A stretch of 63,061 bases of DNA, counting the filler, from Octopus bimaculoides (Eukaryota), in assembly GCF_001194135.2 (NCBI RefSeq). It is 4 parts of 4 records of this genome, joined end to end, with 100 filler letters (N's around TTAATTAATTAA, not from the genome) between each part and the next. Parts side by side here need not be neighbours in the genome. Positions count along the whole stretch, not along the records: positions 27,472 to 55,505 come from NC_068993.1; 3 more parts are not named here. One strand, 5' to 3'. Shown here piece after piece: positions 36,277-49,905 of the stretch. Within the stretch, counting starts at the first letter, position 1. Each line of letters opens with the position of its first letter. The position numbers and the translations under genes are program-made. The notes beneath the pieces are model-generated. The model was not told where the DNA came from, did no database searches, and was given only the letters and a program-made list of their open reading frames with translations.

Positions 36277-36625
36277 CTGAAAGATAAATAAATGAATATA
36301 AAAAAAGAAATAAAACCCTCTTTACAGGAAAAAAAAATATATAAAAAAGCACAATACAGCAAAAACAGAGCTTGCAAATTCAGAAATTCTAGTTCAGTAC
36401 CTCACAAGAACAGAGTTCAAATCTCACCAGGCCTGATTTTATTATAGATTCTTAGTGGGAGCGTGCATAATACCAGTAATATCCTGGGATCAAATCTATT
36501 GTGCTGAAAACAAGATAACATAGAAAAAAATTAAAGTTAAGAGTATGAGTTTTATTTCTCACCTGAAGCTAACACACTTCACATATTCTGTCACCTTGCA
36601 CCATATCTACCCATCTCCAAGAAAC

Positions 36626-37015
36626 TTGTTGTTGTTGGCACTCCGTTGCTTACAACGTCGAGGGTTCCAGTCGATCCGATCAACGGAACAGCCTGCTCGT
36701 GAAATTAACGTGCAAGTGGCTGAGCACTCCACAGACACGCGTACCCTTAACATAGTTCTCGGGGAGATTCAGCGTGACACAGTGTGACAAGGCTGACCCT
36801 TTGAATTACAGGCACAACAGAAACAGGAAGTAAGAGTGAGAGAAAGTTGTGGTGGAAGAGTACAGCAGGGTTCGCCACCATCCCCTGCCGGAGCCTCGTG
36901 GAGCTTTAGGTGTTTTCGCTCAATAAACACTCACAACGCCCGGTCTGGGAATCGAAACCGCGATCCTATGACCGTGTGTCCGCTGCCCTAACCACTGGGC
37001 CATTGCGCCTCCACC
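36626..37015 (-). mobile_element. SINE family A, full length, young, in a GTF2H1 intron (sense)
   Basis: Retains CpGs despite the CpG-poor surroundings; (AAC)n tail. Confidence 0.9.
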
Positions 37016-37189
37016 TCTATGAAACTATAAGACTGTTATCATGCATAGTGAAAGAAAAAACAAAAGACGTTACAAGGTCTATTCATTTAACTATGCTCCT
37101 TCTCCCACTTTTCTTCAAAGAAATTGCCAATAATTGTTTATTTAATTCAACAAATTACAACATCATCGTTAATAGTTGTGTAGACTCAC

Positions 37190-37391
37190 TTATTTTTCTC
37201 CTCCAACTCACTGTTAACCTTCTGTCGAAACTGTGGTAATAATTGCTGGAGAAGTTCCTTAATAGCATCTCTGTCCCTGATCTGCGCTTCACGACCCTGT
37301 GAATGGTTGAAGTGGAACGTGTTGGCTGTGCCATCGTGCATCAAAATCTGTAGCTGAACTTTCTCTTTAGAACCAGGGGAAATTTTTTGTA
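37190..37391 (-). CDS. GTF2H1: GTF2H1 coding exon 2 (VQKISPGSKEKVQLQILMH...ELEEKN)
   Basis: Matches p62 QKISPEGKAKIQLQL...[23 protein letters not shown]. Flanked by tctcag and GTGAGT; phase 1 to 2; 202 nt. Confidence 0.97.
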
Positions 37392-38961
37392 CTGAGAAAC
37401 CACAAAACAAAACAAACAATTTAGATTAAAATAAAATCGTAAAGAAACTCAAAATATACTAAATGTATTCTTTATTATAACAGACCCCACCACCAACTGC
37501 CTAGAATTGTATATCTCCTTCACTAATTAGACAACCAGAAAAACACCTTAGACCTAACATTTTTTTGTTTTACTGCTTTCTTTAACAATTCCAACAACCA
37601 AGTTTACAGATAGTTAACCTCATTAGAATATCATCATCATTTTATGTCTATCTTCCATGCTGGCATGGATTGCATAAATTTATATTTATACAAAACTTTA
37701 GTCAATTCCATCTCCAATCACTGTCAGGCTAGGTTTGAACTTGGAACCTACATTTCTGAATGAAGGCAGTAATGTCCTTTATCTACCAAGCCTAGTTTAG
37801 ACAATTGTACACTAGAATGAAAAATGCAGGTACAGAACCCTAGAATATTCTTCAGTATTAAACCTGGAAAAGTACATGATAAGCAGGAAAAAAAAAAAAA
37901 AGAATCTCTTAAAATATTGCTGCTGAAGTTAGAATTTAAATGCGCTTCTATATTTTTATTTTTATTTAAAAATACTCAAGAAACTATCATTTTCAATTTT
38001 AGAGAAAAGACTAACTGTCTGCAAGATTACACTTTAAAAATTTGATATTACAAAATTATATATTTAAAACAATTTTTTTGTTTCATACTTTTGGTATCAT
38101 TACCATATTTCTGTTGAAATATATTTTCCTTCCAATTCATTTCAGAAATAATGAAGAATATAGTAAAATAATATCATGATTATTAAGGTGTTTGGAGCAT
38201 AAATTAACAAGAAATTTTAATGGGAAATTGTAATTTATATCACTTTAAAGTCTGTACCATAAAACCAAGGGCAATCTTGGGCAGTTTGGTATCAAAAAGG
38301 TTAAACTAAACATCTCTGTTCATATAGCACCTTGAACATCTCAGATTTTGTGTAGTTGCTATTTTTTGTGACTAAGAAGAAACTACATGGTTTTAGGTTC
38401 AGTCCCAATGTGTGGAAACTTTGGACTAGTGTTTTCTATTATAGCCCTAGACTGACCAATGCCTTTGTGAGTGAATTTGGTGGGACAGAAACTGTATGGA
38501 AGTTTCTCATTTATGCATGCATATATGTGTGAGTGTCTGTGCATGAGTTTCTCCTTCCACATACATTCACTGCTTGACAAGTAGTGTTGGTTTGTTTACA
38601 CCCCCATAACTTAGGGGTTCAGTAAAATAGCCCAACAGAATAATTACTAAATTTGGAAAAAAAGAAGTACTGGGGTTAATTTGTCCGATTAAAACTTTTC
38701 AAAGCCACAGTCCAATGACTGAAACAAGTAAAAGATATTTAACATTATAAGTAATATCAATCATGAAGTGTAAAAGCAATTTCCAGTAAACTAAATTTTA
38801 ATTCTCTAACATTCCTATATTAGGCATTCATCTATTAATGGTATTAGAGAAATACATTTCTTAAATACTGTTACAATTAAATTAAGTGTGAAATCCATTT
38901 TCTGCAAACTTAACAATTGACAAGAATGTAAAATTAAGAATAATGTCATGCTTTCTCTCAC

Positions 38962-39115
38962 CCTTAATGTCTGAGTATGGATGGCTTATACTAAAGGAAT
39001 TTTTGTGCACTTGCATCCAGGCAAGTCGCTCCCCCATCAAATAAAGTGAACCATCCATCTTCTTGTGGCGAACATGGTTTATGATCAACAGAACCTCTTC
39101 TGAAGTCTTAGCCAT
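38962..39115 (-). CDS. GTF2H1: TFIIH p62 subunit, coding exon 1 (PH domain start; MAKTSEEVLLIINHVRHKKMDGSLYLMGERLAW...SDIK)
   Basis: Matches the p62 N-terminus [33 protein letters not shown]. Acceptor ttcag at 39138-39139 (exon starts 39137, in-frame stops upstream of the ATG). Donor G|GTGAGA. 154 coding nt. Confidence 0.97.
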
Positions 39116-39914
39116 ACCGCCTTATCTTGATTGTCATCTGAAGGTAAAGAAATATGTTTGATATGAAATATAACTTATATATCACATGAAATATAACCAT
39201 TACATTTGATATGAAATATAACACATATACACACACACATCATGCTGGCACAGGTCAGATGGTTTAAGAGGATCTGATGGGCCCTAGAAGTACCCTGTGC
39301 TCTAGTGTCTGTTTGGCTGGAGATTGGTGATGGTTTCAAGGTGAACCTTCTAGGTACAAGGAGGGTAGTAATGAGCTGGATAGGGGTGTCAGAAGTGAGT
39401 GGGAGGAGTCAGGGATGTCTAGTGTGGGGTTGTACAATAGAAACAATGATACGTTTAACAATGGGATGAAAGAGAGCAGGAGTGGATGGGAAGGAGAGGC
39501 AGGCAAGTGTATGAGGGTGAGATGTATGGTGGTGGTGAGGGTACAGAAATGGGTGGGGGTGATCAATGAAAGTATGGGTGAAGATCAGAATTAATGGATG
39601 AACAAAGGATAACAAGTTAAGTGGTTCTAGATAAGTAACAAAAATGATATAAAAGAGGAACTGCAGTTAGAGAGGTGATGGATGGTGTGTCTTAACATAG
39701 AGGAACTGCATTTAGGGAAATGATAGGTGGTGGGTGTCTTGAGGAAGGAGGGAATTGGATGGAGGGCCCAATCATATTTGTTTGTGTGTATGCGCATATT
39801 TATATAGTGGCCCCATTTAATAGGCCACTAAAGGATAGCAAACAATCCTATCTCAAATAAACACTGCTTGAAAGTGAAAGTGAATTCAAACATTCCCATG
39901 GGAAGGAGAGGACA

Positions 39915-41220
39915 GTGAAAGAAGCCAGTGCTGTAAAAAATGTAAAGACAACCCCTAAAGCCTTCTACAGATTTTCAAAAGTCTGCTTCAGTATGGTAAA
40001 AGATAAGACCACTGTTCGAAGAAAATGGCCCACAGACCGCAGACCCCAGAGGATAAGTGAAACACTGAATGTACAACAAAAAGTGATTTTACAATCCCAT
40101 TGGGACACTTGCAAAAAGCTATGCTCAAGTTCTTTGTACCACAACTCTACACAAAGAGATGGCAATTATTGATAACATCAAAATAGAGGAAACTGATGTA
40201 ATATCAGCCATTGATGAAATGAGCTTAATCTCAGCCACAGGCCCTAATTGATTCTCAGCAATTCTCCTAAATAAATGCAAAGGGGTTCTAGCAAGACAAC
40301 TACAGATCCTCTTCTAAAGCTTCCTTGCAATGGGGAGGCTTCCCAGAAAGATAAAGGAAGGTCTATGTCTTATACGTAAAATTATAGGCCTATCTCCCTA
40401 ACCTTCCATGTCAGTAAAGTCATGGAATGCCTTGTCAGGAGGAAACTGATTGCATTTCTGGAAGATAATGACTTGCTCCCTGACACTCAGCATGGTTTCT
40501 GCTCAGGAAGAAGCTGCCTTACACAGCTTTTGCAGCACTATGGCTGGGTGTTGAAACAATTAATGAATCACTCAAACGTAGATGTGATATATCTTGACTT
40601 TGATAAGGTTGATCATGGGATATGTTACAAGCTACAGAGACTTGGCATTGGTGGAAAACTAAGAGAGTAGTTACATGACTTCTAAAAAGACAGAAGTCAA
40701 GCTGTGGCAGCCAATGGGGCCTTCTTCAACAGTCAAGGAACCTTCTGATGCTAACCTTCTACAGAAAGACCTAGATGCTATACATAAATGGGCTGAAGAA
40801 AACATGCAATTTAACGCAGGGAAATTTCGAGTCTTCTGCTAACAGCTGGCTTGTCATAACATGTTGCAAATAATACTTTGCACCAAAGGGAGCAGCAATC
40901 CCAGAGTCAAAATATGATGCATGATCTGGGGATTGATATGAGCAACAATGCTGCATTTCATGTGCATATCACCAAGATGGTGGTAATGAGCAGGTGAATG
41001 GTCAGATGGATTCTAAGAACTTTCAAAACAAGGGACCAGGAAACTATGCTGGCTCTATAGAGAATATCTGTCCTCAGCCACCTGGACTATTGTTCTCAAC
41101 TGTGGTCACCGCACAGTGTTAAATTAACAGTGGAACTTGAGACAGTTCAACAGTACTGCACCAGGAAGATTGCATCAATGGAACAGTTGATCTACTGGGA
41201 GAGACTGAAAGAGCACCTTT
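39915..41220 (+). mobile_element. Degenerate CR1-like LINE ORF2 fragment (internally deleted)
   Basis: NYRPISLT, KVMECLVRRKL..FLEDN..QHGF..GRSCLTQLL, VDVIYLDF..KVDHG, LQKDLD and HLDYCSQLWSP remnants. Confidence 0.8.
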
Positions 41221-41559
41221 GGCTGCAACTGTTTGACATCTAAAAAGTCATGCAGCCACTCTCCTAGTTTTCTGGTGATACCAAGGTCACATAGTTTGTG
41301 ACACTATTTCAGTAACCAGTCAAAATGCTGTAATAGCTGTGTAAGGCAGCTAACTTCCTAGACAGAAGCTGTGTTGTGTGTTAGTGAGCAAGTTATTTTC
41401 TTCCAGGAACATGAGCAGCTTACTTCTGACAATGTGTACTATAACCTTGCTAGGATGTGAAGTCAGAGATATTGGCCTGTAATTTTTAGTATCTGCTCTG
41501 CATCCTCCTTTATGAACAGGGCATATTATACTTTTAACATTTTAGGAAGTCTACCATAT

Positions 41560-41950
41560 GCAAGAGAACTCTGAAGAAGTATCTGCAGCCTTCTTTCTTG
41601 CACACTACATATTTCCAGTGGAGAGGTGAAGACACTTTGGAATTGTTTATTTAGCACTTCACTTATCCTCCTGTAGTCTGCAGTTAGTGAGCCATCATCT
41701 TCAAACTGGCCCTATCTTGTAGTGCACTGAAGCAGATCCTTTTGCAAACTTGTAGAAGGCTTTAGGATTCATTGTAAAATTTTCAACTGCCCTGGTTTCT
41801 CTTTCTACCCTTTCCTTTTAATGGGAAAGTCTGAGTGCTTCTTTGAGGAGGGATTTCTCACTATCATTAAGTTGTTTATTTGGGAAATTGGAGATCTTTA
41901 TTCTCCATCTATCTCAGGGAATGATGCTTTGTATATTATAGCTCTCTTCT
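41560..41950 (-). mobile_element. Second, inverted fragment of the same CR1-like family
   Basis: The reverse complement contains cctaaagccttctaca..tt..caaaag..tctgcttcagt, shared with 39955-40000. Confidence 0.6.
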
Positions 41951-41994
41951 CTGGGACAAATTTAATGCATAATGCATTTGTGTGAGTATATACA

Positions 41995-42370
41995 TGTGTG
42001 GCTGTGTGGTAAGTAGCGTGCTTACCAACCACATGGTTCCGGGTTCAGTCCCACTGCATAGCACCTTGGGTGGGTGTTTTCTACTCTAGCTTCGGGCTGA
42101 CCAAAGCCTTGTGAGTGGATTTGGTAGATGGAAACTGAAAGAAGCCCATCATATATATATATATGTATATGTTTGTGTTTGTCCCCCCACTATCGCTTGA
42201 CAACCGATGCTGGGGTGTTTACGTCTCCATAACTTAGTGGTTTAGCAAAAGAGATTGATAGAATAAGTACTAGGCTTACAAAGAATAAGCCCTGGGGTCG
42301 ATTTGTTAGACCAAAGGTGGTGCTCCAGCATGGCTGCGGTCAAATGACTGAAACGAATAAAAGAATAAAA
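41995..42370 (+). mobile_element. SINE family B, full length
   Basis: Head, core, (TA)n and 3' half ending gactgaaacgaataaaagaat. Confidence 0.88.
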
Positions 42371-43789
42371 AAAAAAGAAAATATACATACACACACATGC
42401 ATGCTTAGCTCTGTAGGAGCTCAGTTATGCCGATAAAGGTTGTTTTTGAGAACTGCATATTGCCAGCCTCTGTAGTTGCTACTGGGGCTCATTGCATAAA
42501 ACTGAAGTACATAAAACTTTTGCAATTTATAGGATGGAGGAGTAAATGCAGTTTCTTGCGGGTCATTCAATGTGTTAAAAATAGCTGAATCTACTTCAAA
42601 TCATGCCATACCATTTTAAAATGAAGGCTGTTCAATGATATAATCCTAGATACACTACTCCTGAAAACAAGATCAAATGAAATCCTTTGATCTGCTCAAT
42701 TAGGTCTGACCCAAGGCTAAATAACAGCACTTAGAATGGATTAGAAAAAATTATAAAAATTATTAAATATGTTTCTTTAGGTTTTGAGTTCAAACCTTGT
42801 GAAGGTGGGTACTAACTTTCATCTTTCCGAGGTCAATAGATTGAGACTGATATAAGTGTGTAGAGAACTCAATGTCTAAAGGGTAGACTCAGGAAGACAT
42901 GGGATGAAGTGATGAGAAAGTATCTTCAGACGCACCTCACAGAGGGAATGACAGGAGACCAAGACCCCTGGTGGTTTGCTGTGCTTGAGGAGACATGTCA
43001 AGCTAAGTAAAAGTGTGGCTGTCCTTGCATACAGGCATGTCTCCAGCTGAGCATTCTTAATCTTGCAGGCTTGTAGGTGCTAAGGCCATACGAAAAGTGC
43101 CCATACTGGTACTGTGTAAAAGCACCCAGTACACTCTGTAAAGTGGTTGGTGTTAGTAAGGGCATCCAGCTGTAGAAACCATGCCAAAACAGACATGAAG
43201 CTTGGGCAGCTCTTCAGCTGACCAGCTCCTGTCAAACCATCCAACCCATGCCAGCATGGAAAATGGACATTAAATGATGATGATGGTGATATACACACCC
43301 TTGATATAACTGAGTACATATACCCTTGATGATGGTGTCCAGGATGGGCCTATTCTAGTGACTAAAACCAGTAAAGGACTTCAAGAGATGTGCAACTGGA
43401 GCAGATGTTAGAAAACTAATCGAGATATTTACAATAAATGAGCACTTAAGAAAGATATGCACTCACTCTAACACATTAACTTGCAAAATTCATGAAATAA
43501 TTTAATAAATTTAATTACGAAAATTATAATTATTTCCTGGCAGAATCAGTAGAGTGTAGGACAAAATGCTTCCTGGTGTTAGATCTGGCTTTTACCTTCT
43601 GAATTTAAATCCTACCAAAGTCAAATGCCTTTCATACTTCTGGGGCTGACAAGGTACTAAACATGAGGGGAGGGGGTATAATAAGAGTAACACTGGAACT
43701 GGTATAATCAACTGTTGTTCCTCATTCCTATACTCACTAATCTGAGTCTAATACCAGTCAGAAATTTACAGGAAGTTTCTTCATGACAA

Positions 43790-45770
43790 CCAGTTGAGGG
43801 TAATGGTGCAAATCTGTGGCTGGTACAAAGTTCTAGTCAAACCAAGAGTGATGCATTGGTGGCGCAGTGAGGTAGACAGTGCCTCAAATGCAAAGAGCCA
43901 GGAACAGAAAAACTGGAAAGATGTAGTAAGTGGAGAATTATATCAGACAGCTGGAAGCCAGGCAACAGGTTTACATAGCAAATGGAGAAGCAGAAAGTAA
44001 GATGTTTACCTCTGCTCTACAATGTGAGAATCAGAGGAAAGAGGAAGATGCCTTAGAGAGAAGAAATTACAGAACTATCATCAAATTACTAGACTAGGAC
44101 ATGAAAGTAGCTCAAATAATTAGGAAGAGAATTAAACTAGATGAGATGCAGTTTGATTTTGTGCCTGGGAAAAGTACTACTAATTCACTTTTTGTAGTAA
44201 GACAACTTCAACAAAAGTATTTAACCAAAAGCAAGCCATTGTATTTGGCATTTGTTGACTAGGAGAAACTTTTGACTGAGTCCCTTGCTCTGTGATATGG
44301 TGATCTCTAAGAAAGTTAGGGATAGATGAATGACTGGTGAAAGCCACACAAACGACAGGCAGGGGCTGCTCTCAATAAGGTGAGAGTTAGCAATGAACTA
44401 TATGTACAGGTTTGATTCTCAGTCCCTCCCCTCTATTTATCATAGTCCTCTAGGCGATAAGAGAGCAATTTAAAACTAGGACGAAATGTAGTTTGGCTTC
44501 GTCCCAGGGAGAAATACTGATGCTATTTTCATAGTCAAGCAACTGCAAGAGAAGTACTTAGCTAAAATAAACCATTATATTTCGCATTTGTTGATCCGGA
44601 GAGTAGGCTCTGAGGAAGCTAGAGTGGCTTGTGAAAGCTGTACAGGCCATATACAGAGATGCTGTCGGTAAGGTGAGAGTTAATCATGAGAACAGTGAAG
44701 AATTTGGTGTACAGGTAAGGGTTCATCAGTCCTCAGTCCCCTCCTTTTCATCATTGTCCTCCAGGCCATAACAGAGGAATTAAAGACTGGCAGCCCCTGG
44801 GAACTACTATATGCTGATGATCTTACCCTCATAGTGGATTCCATATCAGAGCTAGAAGAGAAATTCCTGGTGTAGAAGCAAAATCTGGAATCTAACGGTA
44901 ACTTAGCAAAGACTAAGGTCTTAGTAAGCAAGAAATCAGACAGAACTCTATCCTCTTCAGGTAGGCGCTCAATTTGTCGGAAAAGTGTAGGCAGGAACTC
45001 CATATGGTGTATCCAATGTAAGCCATGGACACACAAGAGGTGCAATGGAATAATAGGAAGATTGTCAGAGAAAGTAGTGTTTATATGTGGAAGATGTACA
45101 GGATCCATAAAAATCACAGATACTTGGGAAATTGATTCTCTTAAATGCCCTGGTGGCTCATTAGAGGTAGTAGATAATCTCTGCTATCTAGGGGACCAAA
45201 GCAGTAATGGGGAGGATGTATAGAGAGTGTAATAGTTAGAATAAGAAAAGGATGGAGAAAATTCAGAGTGCTTTTACCTCTGTTGGCTACGAAAGGTTTC
45301 TCTCTCCGAGTGAAAGGAAGACTGTATGATGCATGTATACGGACAGCAATTCTACACAATAGTGAGACAAGGGCCCTGAATGCAGAGGACATGTGAAGGT
45401 TAGAAAGGAATGGGGATAGTATGCTCCACTAGATGTGTAATGTAAGTGTACATGTTGAACAGAGTGCTAGTGTATTGAGAGAGAAGTTAGGCATAAGAGG
45501 AATTGGTTGCTGTGTGCAAATAGATGCTGACAGTTCTATGAAGGTATGGTATGAAGTACTGAAGGACAACTTCAGGGCCTTAAAAGTTAAAGACCAAAGT
45601 TTTACTAAGCAGGAAAACAGACAGGACTCTACTCTCTTCTGGAAATAGCCCTGCTTGACATGGGAGAGAGGTGTAGGTAGAAATTCCATATGGTGTACCC
45701 AGTGCAAGCTATAAAAGTACAAGAGGTGCAATGGAATCACAGGAAGGTTAATGGAGAAAGCAAACTTTGT
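43790..45770 (+). mobile_element. Rearranged RTE-like LINE RT fragments
   Basis: Two copies of LDEMQFGFVPG.STTDAIFIVRQLQEKYL.K.KPLY.AFVD; LLYADD at 44804-44821; Cys-rich CRKSVGRNSIWCIQCKPWTHKRC segment repeated near 45660-45770. Confidence 0.8.
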
Positions 45771-45859
45771 CTGTTATCAGTATTATTGTTTATTGCACAA
45801 GAGCAATAAACAATAAGAACATATGAAAAATGAATTTTTTCAAAAGCCCCAAAGGTTCC

Positions 45860-46745
45860 ATAGAGGTAGTAGATTCAAGAACCCCTTTGGTCATGAATGA
45901 CCATGGAACTGCACCTAGAAAGTTACCCTCAAAGGCACAAGCCTGGGCAAAGTTGTTTATGGAAGACCAGCTGTCACCCATGCATACCAGCCTCCCCTCT
46001 CCACGGCAGTGATGTTCATCATCATCGTCGTTTAACGTCTGCTTTCCATGCTAGCATGGGTTGGACGATCTGACTGAGGACTGATGAAACCAGATGGCTA
46101 CACCAGGCTCCAATCTGATTTGGCAGAGTTTCTACAGCTGGATGCCCTTCCTGACACCAACCACTCCAAGAGTGTAGTAGGTGCTTTTACGTGCCACCGG
46201 CACGAAGGCCAGTCAGGTGGTACTGGCAATGGCCACGCTCAAAATGGTGTATTTTACGTGCCACCTGCACAGGAGCCAGTTCGGCGGCACTGGCAACGAT
46301 CTCGCTCGAATGTCTTTACACGTGCCATCTGGCACAAGTGCCAGGAAGGCGATGCTGGGCACAGGTGCCATTGACGGTTTCGCTTTCGCTTGCCCCAATA
46401 GGTCTTTGCAAGCCGAGTTTCGTTTCCAATGAAGGAGACAACATTGGCATGGGTGCCAGTCGTCGAATTTAATTCGATTTCGATTTCGCTTGTCTCGACA
46501 GGTCTTCGCAAGTGGAGTTTAGTGTCCAATGAAGGAAGGTATGTATAAGTGGGCTGCCTGAGGCCTTAGGGAAAGGCAAAGGCTGATACAGCTTGGTGCC
46601 AGTGAAGTCATAACTCATTTCCATAGCTGAGTGAAGTGGAGCAGTGTGAAATAAAAGTGTCTTGTTCAAGAACACAACATGCAGCCCAGTCCGGGAATCA
46701 AACTCACTACCTCATGGTTGTGAGCCCAACGCTCTAACCACTGAG
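45860..46745 (-). mobile_element. SINE family D interrupted by a (GAT)n-tailed retroposon (46017-46550)
   Basis: Head at 46745-46560 and tail at 46015-45860 match the two parts of 33897-34282. Confidence 0.75.
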
Positions 46746-49715
46746 CTCACATAGTTTCTGTTATTTGGATGACCTACTTAGCAATGGTGGAGGATATTCT
46801 GAAAGCATAGTTGCTAGAATAAGATCAGAATGGAGAACGTTCAGAGAACTATTACCCCTCTTGGTGACAAAAAGGTCTCTCTGAGTAAATGGCAGATTTT
46901 ATGACATTTATGTGTGAAAAACAATATTACATGGCAGTAAGATATGGACCCTGAATGCAGAGGATATGTGACGACTAGAAAGTAATGAAGATAATATGCT
47001 GAAATAGATGTGCAAACATTTTGAGAGAAAAATTGAGAAAAAGATGAAACAAATGTATGCAAGAGAGAAGACTGTACTAGTATGATTATGTGATGTATAT
47101 AGATGAGGGCTTCACTTGAAATGATCAGAACCCATGGAAGAAGACATAAGACAAAGTACTGAAGGTTGATCTCAAGTTGTACCTCACAGAAGAGGTGAGA
47201 AAGGACTTGATTGGCTATTCATTGTGCTTAAAGAGACTGATCTGTGCAGTGAAAGTAAAGTCCCAAAAGCAACACGTCTATACATTCAGTGGGTCCTAGC
47301 CCTGCACCTAATCTGTCCCCTTCGGCTTTCCTTACATTCCCTAACTCTTCTACCTATGGCATTATTCAGCTACTGCAATTATATGAAAGCAGAACATACA
47401 CTTATTTCATCCTCTTTTCATCCACTTCCTTTTAATATTCATGCCTTTTTCTCAATATCATCTCTTCCCATTTTATTTTTCACTCGTCACCCCTTTCTGT
47501 GCCTTCAGTGCTCAATTTTTCTCTCACAATGTTTGCACATCCATTCAAGCATATTAGCTTCATTACTTTCTAGTCATTACATGTCTTAGGATTGCCATAC
47601 CTCAGCTTTAACACCCTTCATGTCTGCTGTTGACACCCCTACCACCTTTGCCCCCACTCACTAGCCATCTCTGACTCATTTCTTTCAATGTACATGTCTT
47701 CTGTCCCTACTCTCCCACTCTGCTTATCATCTTGTTTTCTTATCTATTTACAGGCTCAACATAATCCTGTGGCTCATTGGATCCTAACTGTCCAATCCCT
47801 GCTAGCATAGAAGACAGACATCAATTCCAGAATATGCAATTAAAGCAAACTTCTAATTAGATATTGCTGCTCTGACACCCCATCACCACCATCTTTTCTC
47901 TTCCAGCTATTCCTATCCATCCTTATATAATGTGGAGCATCTCTATAGCAAGACAGCTGTGCCTCTCCCTCCATCATACTTTAGCATCTTAACACCTGGC
48001 ATAATTCCACCTCTCCATTCACTACAACTTCACTAGTGCTGGTGTCATGAAAAAAAGCACCCAGCATACTCTGTAAAGCGGTTGGTGTCAGGAAAGGCAC
48101 CTTGCCACAAAAACTATGCCAAAGCAAATGTTAAACATGACAATCTTCTGGCTCATTGTATCCTGTCTAATTGCTGAACCCATGCCAGTAAGGAAGATAG
48201 ATGTTAAATGATGATGCTGATATCCTGTATCATTGCAATATTTGTCCTGAGACAAATATTGGACATTTGATGTCCACGTTTCATGATGGCACCTGTTGGA
48301 CAATTTGACAGGATCTGACAGACCCAAGAATTACACTGTTTGACATGGTTTCTTTGGCTGGATGCTCTTCCTAATACCACCCACTTAACTGTGTATTGAG
48401 TGCTTTTTATCATGTTACCAGCATTAGTGAGGTTGCCATGCAACTGTCAAGACTATGAACCTTGAGTGGAGAGGGGGAACTTAATGCCAAGAGAATAAGG
48501 AGTCTCTTATGGACTTGCTGTGTTAAAAACACAATCAATATCAGAAAGAGACAAAAATTCCTCCCAGCATTGACCAGTAAGAGCATCAGATGCATTTCAA
48601 CCTTTCTGGGCTTTTCTTAACACAGCAGGTCCACAAGGAATGTTATCTCAGGACAAATACTGCAGTAATTGGCCTACTAACAGCGTATATACATTAATTA
48701 TGACACATAGACCGTTATATATGTATACACACAAACACACATCTATACAGTCATATTTAGATAAGTAGACAGGGATAAATTATCCAGGTGGGTACTGTAT
48801 GAGCACTCAGTTATAATCTGGGTTCAGGTTATTCGCATTGACCTGTAAGAAGCACCAAGGATTACTTAGGATGTGTAATTCCATTGGGTATATATCTGTG
48901 TATCATACTTAAAGCAAATATATTGTTGATAAATTGCAGTTTATCAGACATTGACCAATATATGTTATGAGTATGATAAACAGATTGGTATTTTGAACTA
49001 ATACTACTTCAGTTGCACATGATGAATATACTGAGTCTATCACAAAACTAAAAGCCCATTAAACCAAAGCCAGTCTATTTCTATGGCATATAAGCAGCTG
49101 AATACAATACTTGGCTTTGTAGGGAATGCTGACAAAACCTCAAGGCACTCTGAGATGTCAGCTGGTAGTAAAACTGTATCCGTTTATACAGAGTGATAAT
49201 GAAAACAAAAAAAAAAAAACCCAGTGTTATTCAGTAATACTTGTTATAACTGTTGACTGTGGTAAAGTGCTTCCTTGTGCCATAGTCAAATGTAAAAGGA
49301 TTAAATCTGTTAATGATGCCATAAGTGCATGTATAGCACTGTAGTTGAAAAGTTTGCTTCTCAACCATGTGGGTTTGGGTTCAATCCCATTGTGTGACAT
49401 CTTGATCAAGTGTCTTCTACTATAGACCTGGGTTGATGAAAGCTTTGTGAGTGGATGCAGTAGAAGGAAAGTGTTTGCTAATATTTTCAAATTGCTTGTA
49501 TGAATATGTGGCAGGCTGTGTTGTCATTTTCTCCTATCAGCATAATAATCTGAGCACTTTATACCTTCAAAGCTGTGTGGAATAAATAACCTCTTACTTA
49601 CAAAACAGGTTATGGGTTAGTGTCAAGAAAGACCTGCCTTAAATAACGTATTCATCAAACTCATGCATGCACAGAAAAACAAATACATAATTAATGAACA
49701 AATGAACAAGGTGCG

Positions 49716-49873
49716 GGAGTGGCTGTGTGGTAAGTAGCTTGCTTACCAACCACATGGTTCTGGGTTCAGTCCCACTGCGTGGCACTTTGGGTAAATGTCT
49801 TCTACTATAGCCTCGGGCTGACCAAAGCCTTGTGAGTGGATTTTGTAGATGGAAACTGAAAGAAGCCCGTCGT

Positions 49874-49905
<32 letters not shown>

